A DNA stretch of 64,000 nt from Blasia pusilla. Its lineage: Eukaryota. The notes beneath the pieces are model-generated. The model saw only the letters and a program-made list of their open reading frames with translations, was not told where the DNA came from and ran no database searches. The first letter of the stretch is position 1, and the number at the start of each line of letters is the position of its first letter. Of this stretch, positions 23,301-34,720 are shown in pieces. A program made the position numbers and the translations under genes. The stretch spans positions 35,836,001 through 35,900,000 of the forward strand of contig CM114271.1 of assembly GCA_050084515.1 (NCBI GenBank), read 5' to 3'.

Positions 23301-24480
23301 CAAATTATTGTGGCAATCAAATAGCGTACAAAGCAAAGGGTTTTGGAAATCCTTTAGTACACTTTTTGATGACATTCTCCATGCATGGCGCATTAGGATT
23401 CAAATGTCCACATGGCCCATGCATCATGCAATTAGACACGGTACAATAGAGCCTTGGATGAGTAATGGGATTAGGGATCTCAGTAGATATGATGCCATCA
23501 AAATCTGCTGTTGTACGTGGTTTTTCCTCCGCAGCCACAATAACCAAAACATGCACATATAGCAGTCCTCTCTTTTGGAACTCCACCACATAGATACATC
23601 CAACTACTTTGCCCAAAATGTGTTTGTTCAAGAGAAGATGCAGTAATTAATTTTTTTTCTTCTCAAATACTTGTGCAACTAAATCAGGACAATCAGCTGC
23701 ACTTTGACCAAGAAACAAAGCTGATGTTATTTCCGGCCATTTCGCATTATATGTCATGGTCAAGAAATAGTAGGGCTTCCCGAAGTGTCAAAAAATTGCC
23801 ATAGCATCTTGATACATGTGACGTGGGCCTCCAGTGAAAGAAGACGGCAATATTACTCGTCGACCAAATGTCCTTCCATCACCATCATTCCTGAACAGAT
23901 CATCCTTCATGCCTTGATATAGTTCAACATGCAACTCCTTTTGATTTAAACGAATCCATAATAACCGTTTCATCTTAACAGTTGCATAAACATCCACCAT
24001 GTACTCTTGTGTCAATCGACCAAACCGGAGTAGTCAATTGTCATCTTCACAAAGACATCTAGTTTGAAGGCAAAATGATGCAAATTGCAACCCAGTAACA
24101 GTCTTTGCACGCCGTCTTCCGACCTCGTCATTGCAATTAGTAGAAGGGTAATCTTCTTGTTGAACTTCTTCATAATTGTGGGTATTGGTTGGGATGTCAC
24201 CTTGAGTCGAGTGAGACACACTCTTGGATGCCAAACAGCCTCTCTAGAAAGGAATAAAAGCACAAAATGAAGAGGGATGTAGGCCTCATTCAAATCGGAT
24301 ATACGACGTACTTCTCCCCCATGTAAATATATAAGAATGTCATGCTTTTCTATAACTTCTGTCTCATCACGAGGAAGAATTGTAGTTGTTCCCTTCTTCT
24401 TTTCATTATGGGTTCTTTTCATGCTATCTCAACAACACCACCTTGAAATGTAAGACAAATCGTTGGAGTGGCAAGTGAAT
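20375..24480 (-). mobile_element. Helitron with degenerate Rep/PIF1 helicase; 3' terminus recognisable, 5' end not located
   Basis: ILPSSFTGGPRHMYQDAMAI, HUH region VVEFQKRGLLYVHVL, KYFYKYVYKG, Walker A DGRGGTGKTFLYN, IIWDEAPM, FAMTINKSQGQ, VFSHGQLYVALSR. On the minus strand it ends with a hairpin (20388-20407) then CTAG (20375-20378) followed by T. Confidence 0.93.
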
Positions 24481-26989
24481 ATATCGGGATTCTTTGTTGA
24501 AAAATAAATTTCTCTAGTATTTTATGAAGTTTTCATAAAATAGTAGATCACACTTGTTAAGATTAGAATGGATTCTTTGTGCGTGGATTTTTTCTTCTAC
24601 AAGATTGAACCTCCTCGATCTAGCATCCATACAAATGTTTGCTAATATTGGAGCTTCAACATTGATCGATGTTGTAGGTTAGAGGAGACACAAAATAATG
24701 TTTCAAGATATGGGAGCTTCTAAAAGATGTGGCACAACTATTGAAAGAATATTTTTATGGATCTAGGATCTTATTTAATGGTGTTGTTAAGTGGAAATAA
24801 CAGATTAGAAGGTAATATGTACATATGTTAGTGCATCACACACGCGTTCTTATGAATAAGTCTTTGTTTATAGAGCTTCGTCTCACTTTCACTCTTCAAA
24901 AAGAGCATTTTTGTCACTAGATGTTCAAAATATCCATGATTATATTCCATCAAAGTCGTGTTGGAAGTTCTTCAAGGCTCCCTTTGTCATGTCCTTTATA
25001 GTGGAATAAAGAGTGTCCACGTATGTGATGCTTCTCAAGGGAGATTAGAGGTAAATCCCAATAAGTGAAGGATGACCTATTGAGAAGTAGGATTACTTGC
25101 AAGCACAATTGTTTCCTTGGTTTGGGCCCATTTGAAGCGTGTTTGAAGAAGTTACTATTTCAAGTAAGTTCTTTCTTTTAGAGAGTTAAATTTCTATTTT
25201 TGGAAACTAGATATTTTGATAGTTATTTTCTTCCATGTTTGGAATTAATGGTTGAATTTGTTAGGTTAGTGTTTTGTGTGTTAGATTGGAGACAATGGTG
25301 TATGTTATGTAGAGTTGTGTGAGTAGACGACACCCTTGTTCCTTCAATGGTCAGTGTGCATACTCTTTGTTTTCAACTTCCGTCTTATTTTGCAAGAGTG
25401 ATCTTTCTTTTTACGCCCTTACGTGTTAGATCATAGGTGTCTCCTAGAGTGTGGTATAGGGGCCGTAAGATCCCCTACAACCTAGATCATTATAAAAGCC
25501 ATACAAAAAATTCCGACATCAGAGGGTGTTTAATGTAGAATGGAGTGGGACATTGCGGAGTGCTAGTCTACCCCCTCTAGACCTCATGCTACAAACGGGA
25601 GAAAACTATAAAAAAATAATGATAAGGACATCCGAGACTATGTGTTGTAGTAAGAGATACGCTAATGAAATCCTCTCCCACTCCATTGTGGGTTTTATTT
25701 TCCCACGCCCAATTGTCATAATTGTGTCCCCAAGGGCTTTGATGTATGGGTTTTTCTCATGCTATATAGGAGGGATACTCAAAGGCCCTCACCTCACCTA
25801 AAATATGTGGATTACAAAAAAAATCACTATAATCCAAATGGGATGGCTTCTTTGTTGAGGATGATAGTAAGAAATCGTGATAAGGATGATAAATCCTCTT
25901 CTTGTTGGTACTAATTTTTATGGTTGCACAAAAATGGTCAAGTTCGTTTGTTGGACGGACATGGACACATAAGTTTGGACATGCCCGTGGACATGGATCG
26001 CAAAAGGTTTACTAACCGTTTATGGTGGAAGGCATGGTAAGGGTGGACGAGGAAATAATGAGGGAAGAGGAAGAAACAAGAAAGTGCGAATCGTGAAAGT
26101 TACTAGGGGATGAGAAAGAAGGGGAAGATGAGGCCTACACGGTCAAGTCTTTCTATAGGACAGACGTAAGTCCATGGACATGTCCACGGATACACACTTT
26201 GTCCATATGAAACCTTGCTAATTTTATTTTCTATGATTCATTATAAAATTGGAATCAATTTTTATTAAATTCTAAAACCATTTTGGGTATACTTCAACCC
26301 ATAAGGAATCCTTGGTTTTAAAAAATGTAGCATTCATTAAAGATTTTACATTACTTATCTCATCAAAGAAGTATAGTATGGAATAATACCCATGAATTCT
26401 TGATTTTTGATTTCTTTAAAGAAGAAAATTACTATCCCATTACTAGGTCCTCATTTCATATCCTATTTGATTTCATGTTTTGCCACAAAAAATCCTTTCT
26501 CAAATATTCTTATCCCATACTTTATCCGAGCTCTACGAAGAGTAATACGGCTACTTCAATAGGTCCCATTTCATGTCATATTTTATCCCAGCTGCCTATT
26601 TTTTTTCAAGCATGGAACAAATATGGGATATCCAAAATTGGATCCCTCAAGCTGCAATGGTGTGGGCTCCTACCAGCCCCATTGCTGTGAAGTAGGCACT
26701 CGCATGCCATGTACTTCGCGGTAATGATACAACAAATGGAGAAATAGAGGGTAGAAATGCATATTTTGAATTACCGGTTAATTTGGTTCTTTCTCTCTTT
26801 TGGAGTTCCTTACAAACTGCAGATGAGGTTCCCAATCAAATCGCGAGAATATGGATATCCGCCGCCCAATACAGATTCGTAATCGTTCTTTCTCTCAGTT
26901 TGGTGTTTGGATGAGTTGGAGAACGGCAGACGGAGCAGAATTGAAGGCCGCCTGAGAAAAAGAAAAAGAGGACGGGCACTGTGTATCAT

Positions 26990-27778
26990 CTAAGAATTTT
27001 GTGCTGCCGACATTGTACAAAAGACAATATGTCCACTGAGCTGCGTACAGTGTAGCTCTATCCGTGTAAAACACAAAGATAACTCTCTGCGAGCTATTCC
27101 GATACCCGCAACCTTTCCCGAGTCAACGTTTGCTTTCGCATCTTCGGCTTTATGGGATGGACTGGAGCGATTCAATAGAACCCTTCCTACCCGCGAACCG
27201 AGATTGTCTGGAGAAACCAGTTTGAACTTTGAAGGCATGAACGATCCATTCAAATCCGTTGGGGAATTAGAGGATCCGGCAGGGCGGAACTTCAGAGAGG
27301 GTAGCCGTCGACAATTGGCGAGAGTGCCGAGTCAGTCGATTCAACGAATGAACTGGGGGTGATCTGATCTGTTTCCAAAACTCTAGGTTTTGGAAACGTC
27401 AGTGCCAGCGCCAAACCGTCGGCGCTGAATAGTCTGTCCAGCAAACTCTGTCCCTCGGTGGAGTGGTGATTCCGTCTTCTCCTCTAAAGGGTTATAGTTC
27501 GATTCGAGCCTTGCTGAGTCCGAGAGCTTTTTCCTCTGTTCTCCGACCAAAGCTCAGCCTCAAAAGTCCAGAATACACTCTTTAGCAACTACTGACGGAT
27601 TCTGGTACGCATGTTCATGGGAATGGGAGCACAGAGCAAAGTCGTCATTGAATGCGGAAAACAGTGCAACGGGTTTCATAGGTGCGGGGGCGGGGAGGGG
27701 GGTGGGGTAGGTATTGAGGCTACTCAATGATGATGGTCCAGGAGTCCCAGCTAAAACATTGCGTCCAGAAGGAATCAT
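26990..27778 (-). pseudogene. Unassigned Ser/Pro-rich coding-like relic
   Basis: An ATG-initiated 72-aa ORF continues through stops and frameshifts into the 26990-27253 frame. No recognised domain. Confidence 0.2.
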
Positions 27779-28559
27779 TGGTTGCCAACGACTGGCAATA
27801 GTTCATAAGTTACAACAAGTGTCGCTGTCCTACTCCAGGGAAAAATTTTCCCGTCGAAATAATTGTTGACAATTTCTCATATTCTATCATTTTAGATCAC
27901 ATTCAATAAATTTTCGGCTGCCTCATCTAATTTTTCCCGTACGAACGGGAATTCAAAGTGGTAGTTCATATTGATTGGGAGCTCTGTTTCTCGTGGAGGA
28001 TAGGACTCGAAGGCAGCTTTCCTAAAGCCTCAACATGTGGTTCTGTAGTTGACATTCTTCCTCCATCTACCAATCGTCTAGACGCCAGTCCGGCTTGCGA
28101 GCGCCCAGCAAGACAGTGCGGTCATGGTAGTAGTTGTTCTTCGAGAGAACACATAAAAGGTTCTCAAAGTTCGTTCCACGTGGCTCTATCCGCCGGCGCC
28201 CCGGCCCTGGCGTGCCGCGTGTGGTACCTTTCCGTCCAGATGGGAGTTAGACACGACGGCCTCTGGATATCGACACAACTGCGCGTTCCGATCCACATAA
28301 CTGATGCCTCTGGAAAGTACGGATCGAAGGAGCCGATATGAAATGGAAGCAGCGGCCCATCCCATCCCCTCCACCGCTCAGTCGCGCTGGCAGGACCCAC
28401 AGCTAATATGCTTCGCGGCCATCACCACTCCAGCTTGAATGAACCAGGTTCAAGATCCCCAACATCCGCTCCTGCAAAAACGAAGAGCAGGGAGCTGCTG
28501 CTGATCTCAACAATTACTACAGCGGTCAAAGTCGGCTCCACTTTGCCCGCGATGCAGGC

Positions 28560-28725
28560 TCCGCGGTGTTTTTGCACGGGAACCGGGAACGGTAAAACCG
28601 GCTTTCGAACCGGTTTTCAGATACCCCATACAAAGAAACCTCCGTTTCCTGTCAGTTTTCCCCCGACCAATTTTAAACGAAACGGATATTTCTGAGTTTA
28701 ATCGACTACTCGTAACCCCGGATCC
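28560..28725 (-). repeat. Dispersed repeat, CpG-rich copy of 19141-19300
   Basis: Alignable by eye; the ORF track gives similar peptides (LNSEISVSFKIGRGK vs LKSEISVSFKIGHEK). Confidence 0.8.
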
Positions 28726-29226
28726 GCACACCCGCGGCAATGTGATGTGCTGTGCAGACAGCCGTCGACGAGCGACCTGGAGTCCTGGCTCACGCGAGAG
28801 GGTCCCACGAGGGCCGCCGTGAGAAGCCGACGAGGGTTGTCCAAAGATGAATGGGGAATGCCCCCTTCTTTCTTTTCTGGTCTTGTTGTGGCCTTCAGGT
28901 TTTGACTCTTTGAGTCCCCCTCTTTTGTACTTCCGATGGGTTTTCCATCACACGTTTTTATCGAAGTGCATCTTTCTTTTAAGATGACGCGAAAACGGCC
29001 GTAAGAATCCCACTAACGCCACCTGCGTGGGTTGAGCCGAGCGGCTCTTTTCTTTCGGAGCAAAGGCGCAAGGAAGGATTTGGGGATGCCGGTTAAGTGG
29101 TTTGGGTCGGCTTTAGTGTGTCAGAAAGTTGTGGTGGTGTAATGATGAATATTTTTATGGCGTGTAATTTTTTAAAATATAGAGCCAGCAATGGGGGCAA
29201 CCATAGGGGGTAAGAGAGTGTTAAGA

Positions 29227-29745
29227 TTAGAGAGATATGTCGCGGAGTATATTCTGAACCCGCGAACCCAAGCACGTTGCCGCCAGGTATTGCCGATCAC
29301 CGTCGTTTACTTGAAAACGGGCTATGACGAGATCACCAGGAAAGACGCCACTCAGAGTCAGCCATGCGCCAAGGTCTAGGTTGCGTCGGTACTTGTCGAG
29401 AATGAGGGGCGGGATAAATAAGGTTGTCGCGGAGCTAACTGGGGCGGCCGCCAAAACCGCCGCCCAAGGAGTCGGCGCCGCAAAGTGTGTAGTGGTATCT
29501 AGAACCACAGCAAGTAGAGGAAGATCAGTCAAGGTCAGGTGGACCGCCGTGAGTACTCAGAACCGGGCGCGAGTTCGGGTACGGAAGTACGTCCTAGTCG
29601 CGGAGCGTGAAAGAGCCGAACCGCCGCGGCCGTCTCGGAACCCGACAGGAGTCGAGTTCAGTATAACCACGATACGGGGGTCGAAACGGGCGCCGTTTTC
29701 GGAGTTCTTGGGTGCGTTGGAAAGCTGGGAAGCGGGCGCTTCCAT
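29227..29745 (-). pseudogene. Unassigned GC-rich ORF remnant split by frameshifts
   Basis: MEAPASQ...RIVVILNSTPVGFRDG leads, after frame breaks, into TDLPLLAVVLDTT...ARFQVNDGDRQYLAATCLGSRVQNILRDISL*. A TATA-like TTTATAAATA lies upstream on the minus strand near 30340-30349. Confidence 0.3.
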
Positions 29746-30394
29746 TGCAGGGTCGCACGCAGTGAGATCAGATCTGTAGCGATCAGCGTTGAAGCGCAAA
29801 GAGGAAGGGGTGCTGTGAAATCGAGGATCACGCGACCTGTCAGCTCGAGGCGGAGTCTCGGGAGGTGGTGTGTAGCGCCTGGTTGAGTAGAGCGAGCGAG
29901 CGAGCTTGGGCCAGATTGCTGCAAAGGTGTTTGAAGCTAGATCAGATTGTTATCAGCTCAGGGTCTGTTGGATTAGAGTGTCTTGGCCTTGGAGTGAGAG
30001 GGTGAGGATCTGCAATTCAGCATTGTAGTGAGTCACGCGGAAGCGCCGTCGAAATCAGGTTGGCTGGCTGAGTTCTGAGTGTGGTTCCCTGGATTGCTCC
30101 TAATGCGGAGAACCGAGCCCTGGTGATTAGAAATCAGAGAGTGTGAGTGGGTATAGCCGGAGCCAAACTTCGAGAGGTTTGGTGGCGCGCCGGGAGGTTG
30201 AGTTGTCAAGCGGTGCAGCTTGTAGTCTTGCTGGTATTGTTGCTTGGTGATTGCAGGTTTGCAGCTTGGGAAAAACAGCGAAGAAATTCTCGGCGTCAAG
30301 ATATTCGTAGTGGGAAAAATGAGGGTGTGGGAGGGGAATATTTATAAAGGGTGAATTTTTATTTTTTGAACTTTCTCCGAGTTTTCAATTACAG

Positions 30395-30886
30395 GGATTC
30401 ACAGATGCTAATTGGGTGGGAAGCGTGTGTGATCGACATTTAACATCTTGTTATTCATTTACTTTGGGAAGCGCAGTTATAAGTTGGGCTTCAAAAAAAC
30501 AACCTACAGTTGCTTTATGTTCAACAGAGGCTGAGTACAGAAGAGCAACCAATACATCATATGAGGCGGTGTGGCTTCATCGATTACTTGTTAAGATTGG
30601 TGTTAGTAACTTAGAACCTAATGTAATATATGCATACAATATTAGTAGCATCAAGCTTGCTAATAACCTTGTATTTCATGCTCGTACAAAGCATGTTAAG
30701 GTGCACTATCATTTTATCAGAGAGAAAGTGCTTGCAAGAGAAATTGATTTTGTGTATATAGGTACAAATCAGCAATTTGCTGACATTTTTACAAAGTTAT
30801 TGTCTAGAGATAAGTTTGAGGTGTTTAGAAATGATTTAGGCATTAGAGATATCGATATGAGCTTGAGGGGGAGTATTGAAGACTGA
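30395..30886 (+). mobile_element. Ty1/Copia RNase H fragment ending at the PPT
   Basis: GFTDANW...ISWASKKQPTVALCSTEAEY...FHARTKHVKVHYHFIREKV...QQFADIFTK...LRGS; PPT TGAGGGGGAG at about 30864-30873. Confidence 0.95.
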
Positions 30887-31180
30887 TTTCTGAAGATTGA
30901 GTATTGAAGACTCACACGAAGTAGGGAAGCTTAATCTTGGTTAGTCAATTAAGCATGATTATCTTAACTAGGGTTAGTTAATCACAGTTAGGCTAACTCG
31001 AGACTATGGTTAAAGATAGGGTTAGGGTTGCTTGTACATACCCTATATAATTGAGAAGAGGACCAGCCTCCACTCATTCTCTCATTGCAAATTTTGTTCT
31101 CCATGTGGTGTGTGTCTGTGTGTGTATGTGTGTGTGTGTGTGTGTGAGCCGTTTTCCACCAGTTATGCTTGTTTAACAGT
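30874..31180 (+). mobile_element. Copia 3' LTR (partial) containing a (TG)n tract
   Basis: Starts directly after the PPT; CTATATAA TATA-like box near 31043; (TG)n at about 31107-31146. Confidence 0.6.
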
Positions 31181-31184
31181 TTTC

Positions 31185-31728
31185 TACATTGATGACCAAA
31201 ATGTATGGATGCGAGCAAGTTCTTAGAGGGTTGAGTTATTTCAGAGATTGATGCCCATGGCATTTGAGAACTTGGAGATTGCGCAACATCGGGATACGTT
31301 GAGGTATGCGACTATTCGGGGAGGTGATTATGGATCTACTATCCGGAGGTTCCATCAGGGAGACTATGTCTACTTTCAACAGACGACACCCACCACGTTG
31401 GATGTGACTGCAGGGCGCACTATCTTGAGAGTGCGTGAGATTTTTCCATTTGGTGTTCTCTTCTTGGAGGGGCGCGATGGTATGGTTTGGAAGGACCATG
31501 TGCGTAATTGTGCGTCATGTAACCTTCCGAACATTAACGGTACAGTTGATCCAAGCTTAGCAGTAGTTTCTGCAGGCTTACGATGTATGTTGTGTGGTTC
31601 AGCCCGTGATACAACCATTATGCTAGTCTCTGATGGATGTTCGAGAGGATGACATATCGCTTGTTTAATGCCACCTCTCACTAGGATTCCTCAGGGACGA
31701 TGGATGTGTCCCAGATGTATATAGAGTA
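31185..31728 (+). mobile_element. Ty3/Gypsy integrase C-terminus fused to a PHD finger (degenerate)
   Basis: MPMAFENLEIAQHRDTLRY...RFHQGDYVY... then CMLC...MLVSDGCSRG*HIACLMPPLTRIPQGRWMCPRC, a C4HC3 PHD with one Cys-to-Ser change and one Trp-to-stop. A PPT-like tract follows at about 31892. Confidence 0.85.
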
Positions 31729-31904
31729 GGTAGTTCTAGATTCTGACTTGTGTCTGTGACATGGATGACAAGAAGGCGACTCACGATGGGGCCACATGAG
31801 CACCCGACCTTTTTGCTCTTAGCGTCCAAGAGATGTATGTTATGGTAGGTAGGGATAGATGGCTATCTGGGATTAGAGGGACCTAACCACCAGCTAGGGG
31901 GCGA

Positions 31905-32667
31905 TTGGAGATATTTTGGTAGTTCTCATCTCATTTTTGGATGCCATAAGTTAGGATGGTATCGTGCATGTTTGTGTGTGTGTTTGGTGACAGCGATGTG
32001 TATGTGCACGACAAGTGTCATGTCTTTTAGGATAGATCGATGTGATCTAGAAGAGCGCCTTCGCAAGTAGTGGAGGATAGGCTCAGGAGGTCTAGGATGA
32101 CCTTCTGAGGCCTTGGGAAACATGAGAGAGTAGGTTTCTCCTTCGTTTTAGCTCATTTGGAGTCATATTGAGAAACTTACTATTTTGGGTAAGTATCATT
32201 TTCAATATATGGTTGAATTTCTATTTTGGGAAGTGACCCTTGACCTCCTACATCAGGTCAAAAGCTAAGGATGTGACTTGGGACCGTAGGTTACCATGGA
32301 GAGAGCTTGGGAGAGAGGAGGGGTAAACCTCAAGAAGAGAGAGCTTGAGAGCTTGAGAGCTCATTCTTTCATTGTTGAACCTCTTGACATGAGGCGGCGG
32401 AGCTATGGTCCCTTTCCTTGTGAGTGTAACCCAATCCTCTCATTAGGAGAGTGAAGTTTGGTTTGGCATTGAGAGAGACATGTGAGAGTGCACACATGTG
32501 AGAGCTATGGTGTTGTGAGAAAGATTTGACCTTATTTTAATTGGAGATATTTTGGTACTTCTTGTCTTGTTGTTTAGGTGCCATGAGTTAGCATGGGATC
32601 GTGCGTGTTTGTGTATATGTTTGGTGACAACCATGTATGTTGTGTAACGATGTGTATGCGCACGACA
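31905..32667 (+). mobile_element. Truncated LTR (31905-32013) joined head-to-tail to a complete ~652-bp LTR (32016-32667)
   Basis: 31905-32013 duplicates 32541-32667. Termini are TGTCATG...CACGACA and the junction reads CACGACA-AG-TGTCATG. Confidence 0.65.
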
Positions 32668-33739
32668 TCATCCTTCTAGAATTAAGTCTTCTAAACAAAA
32701 AAAAGATAAAGTTATGTCCTACATGCGCTCAACCTAGATTTTCTCAAGAGGAGGGTAGATTTGGTTTTGCTTGGTTGATTGAGGTAATTTAAAGAGTGAG
32801 TTTCCTAAGTAGTTTTATGGTACGATATTATGGTGTGATGATATGAACATATATGTAAGGAATTCTTTTTTGCATTCCATCTCCAATTAGAAATGTATCT
32901 ACATAATCTGCTTATGTGTACTATATGTTTTACAAAAGTTATGACATTTGTTGAGAGCCTTAAAAATGGTAAATTTTTATAGTATAAGTTCGCTTGGAAG
33001 AGCCTAATCTAGGATGGGTCCATATCAAATTTCCATTGCTATAAATGGTTACCAAAATAAATTACTACAAAAGTAACTTTTTGCTATGATGAGTTATAAA
33101 TATCAAATCCAATTTTTTTTTGGAATTATCGCCGAGTTAGACATAGTCACTCGGTTAATTATTTTCCGTTTTCGTAAAAGTTTCATAGAATTGGTTATCG
33201 ACATTTTATGTTTCCATCCTTCCCCAATCCATTGGACTAACACTCGCTCTTAAGTTATGACATGTTGGAGTGGTCGATCTTGTAGTATCTTGAATGACTA
33301 AAATTAGTTAATTAGTGAAACTAGTAAGGTGACTGTGCGATGCATGGAAAATAAAAAAGTGTTTGAAGAGCTTTTGTTAGTGTATAGCCTGTGAAGGGAA
33401 AGGATTAATGATGCTGCACACAAATTTAAATTTTTTTCTTGTTGCCCATAACATGTGAAACATTTTCTTGCTGTCCAATTGCCATGTGTCAATAGAAGAG
33501 CCTTAAAAAACAAGTGTCAATAATAGTTTTAAAAATTATGCTTAAAATTTGAAATTTTATTTAATTTTAAAATTTAAGAATAATTTCCGCTTTTTTAAAT
33601 CTTTAAAGAGTAGAAAATTTTCACCTTTAAATAATATTCATCTTCCCGAAATAATTTCAATACTCCGTAAAAGCTCAAACAATAACTTTTCTTTCCCTTC
33701 CACTCTTCCCACCAAAATAACATTCACTAACCAAAATCT

Positions 33740-34070
33740 TAGCTAATTTTAATTAACGAAATCATTTTTATTTTCCATTTAAATTCATTTTCCTCTCCCA
33801 AAATATCACATGTGAAGTAATTTGATTATTTTAAAATGAATAATCAAATTATGTATTTAAAAATTTAAATGTAATTTTTATTTTCTATAATCGTAGTAAA
33901 GTAATAATATTTTACTCTTTTTAGTAATTAAAATCCTCTATTCATATCCCAATCTCGTAAGTAATTTTATCCTTCCATAAAATTAAAAAAATATACACCT
34001 TCTCCATTAACATTTATTTTCTCTTTCCATTAAATATGAATTGACTTCAAAATTCTAAAAATTTGGGTAT
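33740..34070 (+). repeat. AT-rich dispersed repeat (copy of 18405-18740)
   Basis: Same ordered blocks as the 18.4-kb copy. Confidence 0.75.
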
Positions 34071-34079
34071 TTCATAAAA

Positions 34080-34720
34080 ATAAATTATTTAATTTTATTA
34101 AAATTTATAATCTCCCAGTATAGTATTAAATTAATTATTCATTGATTAATATATTTTCTTCCTATTCCACTCAAATCCCTATCCGTTGTTGTCCCTATTT
34201 ATTTTTACCCATCTAATATGGCTCAAGCACCAAATTTAAACATGTTGCCTATTTTGCCGTATTGACTCACTATCTTGTCGTATTGTGCATATGGGGTGGC
34301 CAATTATTATACAGATTTACCATAGTTATTCATTTTATTCATATTTATAATCACCCATTATCATATTAAATAATTTATTAATATATTTTCTCCCTCTTCC
34401 ACTCGAATTCCTTTTGCTTTTCTATCCTATTTACTTTTACCTAGCTAATAGGGCTCAAGCAACAAATTCAAACCTGTCGTCTATTTGTTTTAATTGTCTC
34501 ATTATTCTGTCGTATTATGCATATGGGGTCACCAATTATTATATAGATTTATCAAAGTTTATTTTAATTTATTAATATTTATAATCACCCACTATAGTAT
34601 TAAAGAAATTATTAATTGATTAATATATTTTCTTCCTATTCCACTCAAATCCTTATCCATCTTTGTCCCTATTTATCTTTATCCATCTAATATGGTTCAA
34701 GCAACGAATTCAAATACCTA
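34080..34720 (+). repeat. Tandem repeat, ~240-bp unit, about 2.7 copies
   Basis: atttataatc.ccc...attaatatattttct...ttccactc.aat...ctaata.gg.tcaagca recurs near 34100, 34345 and 34580. Confidence 0.85.
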
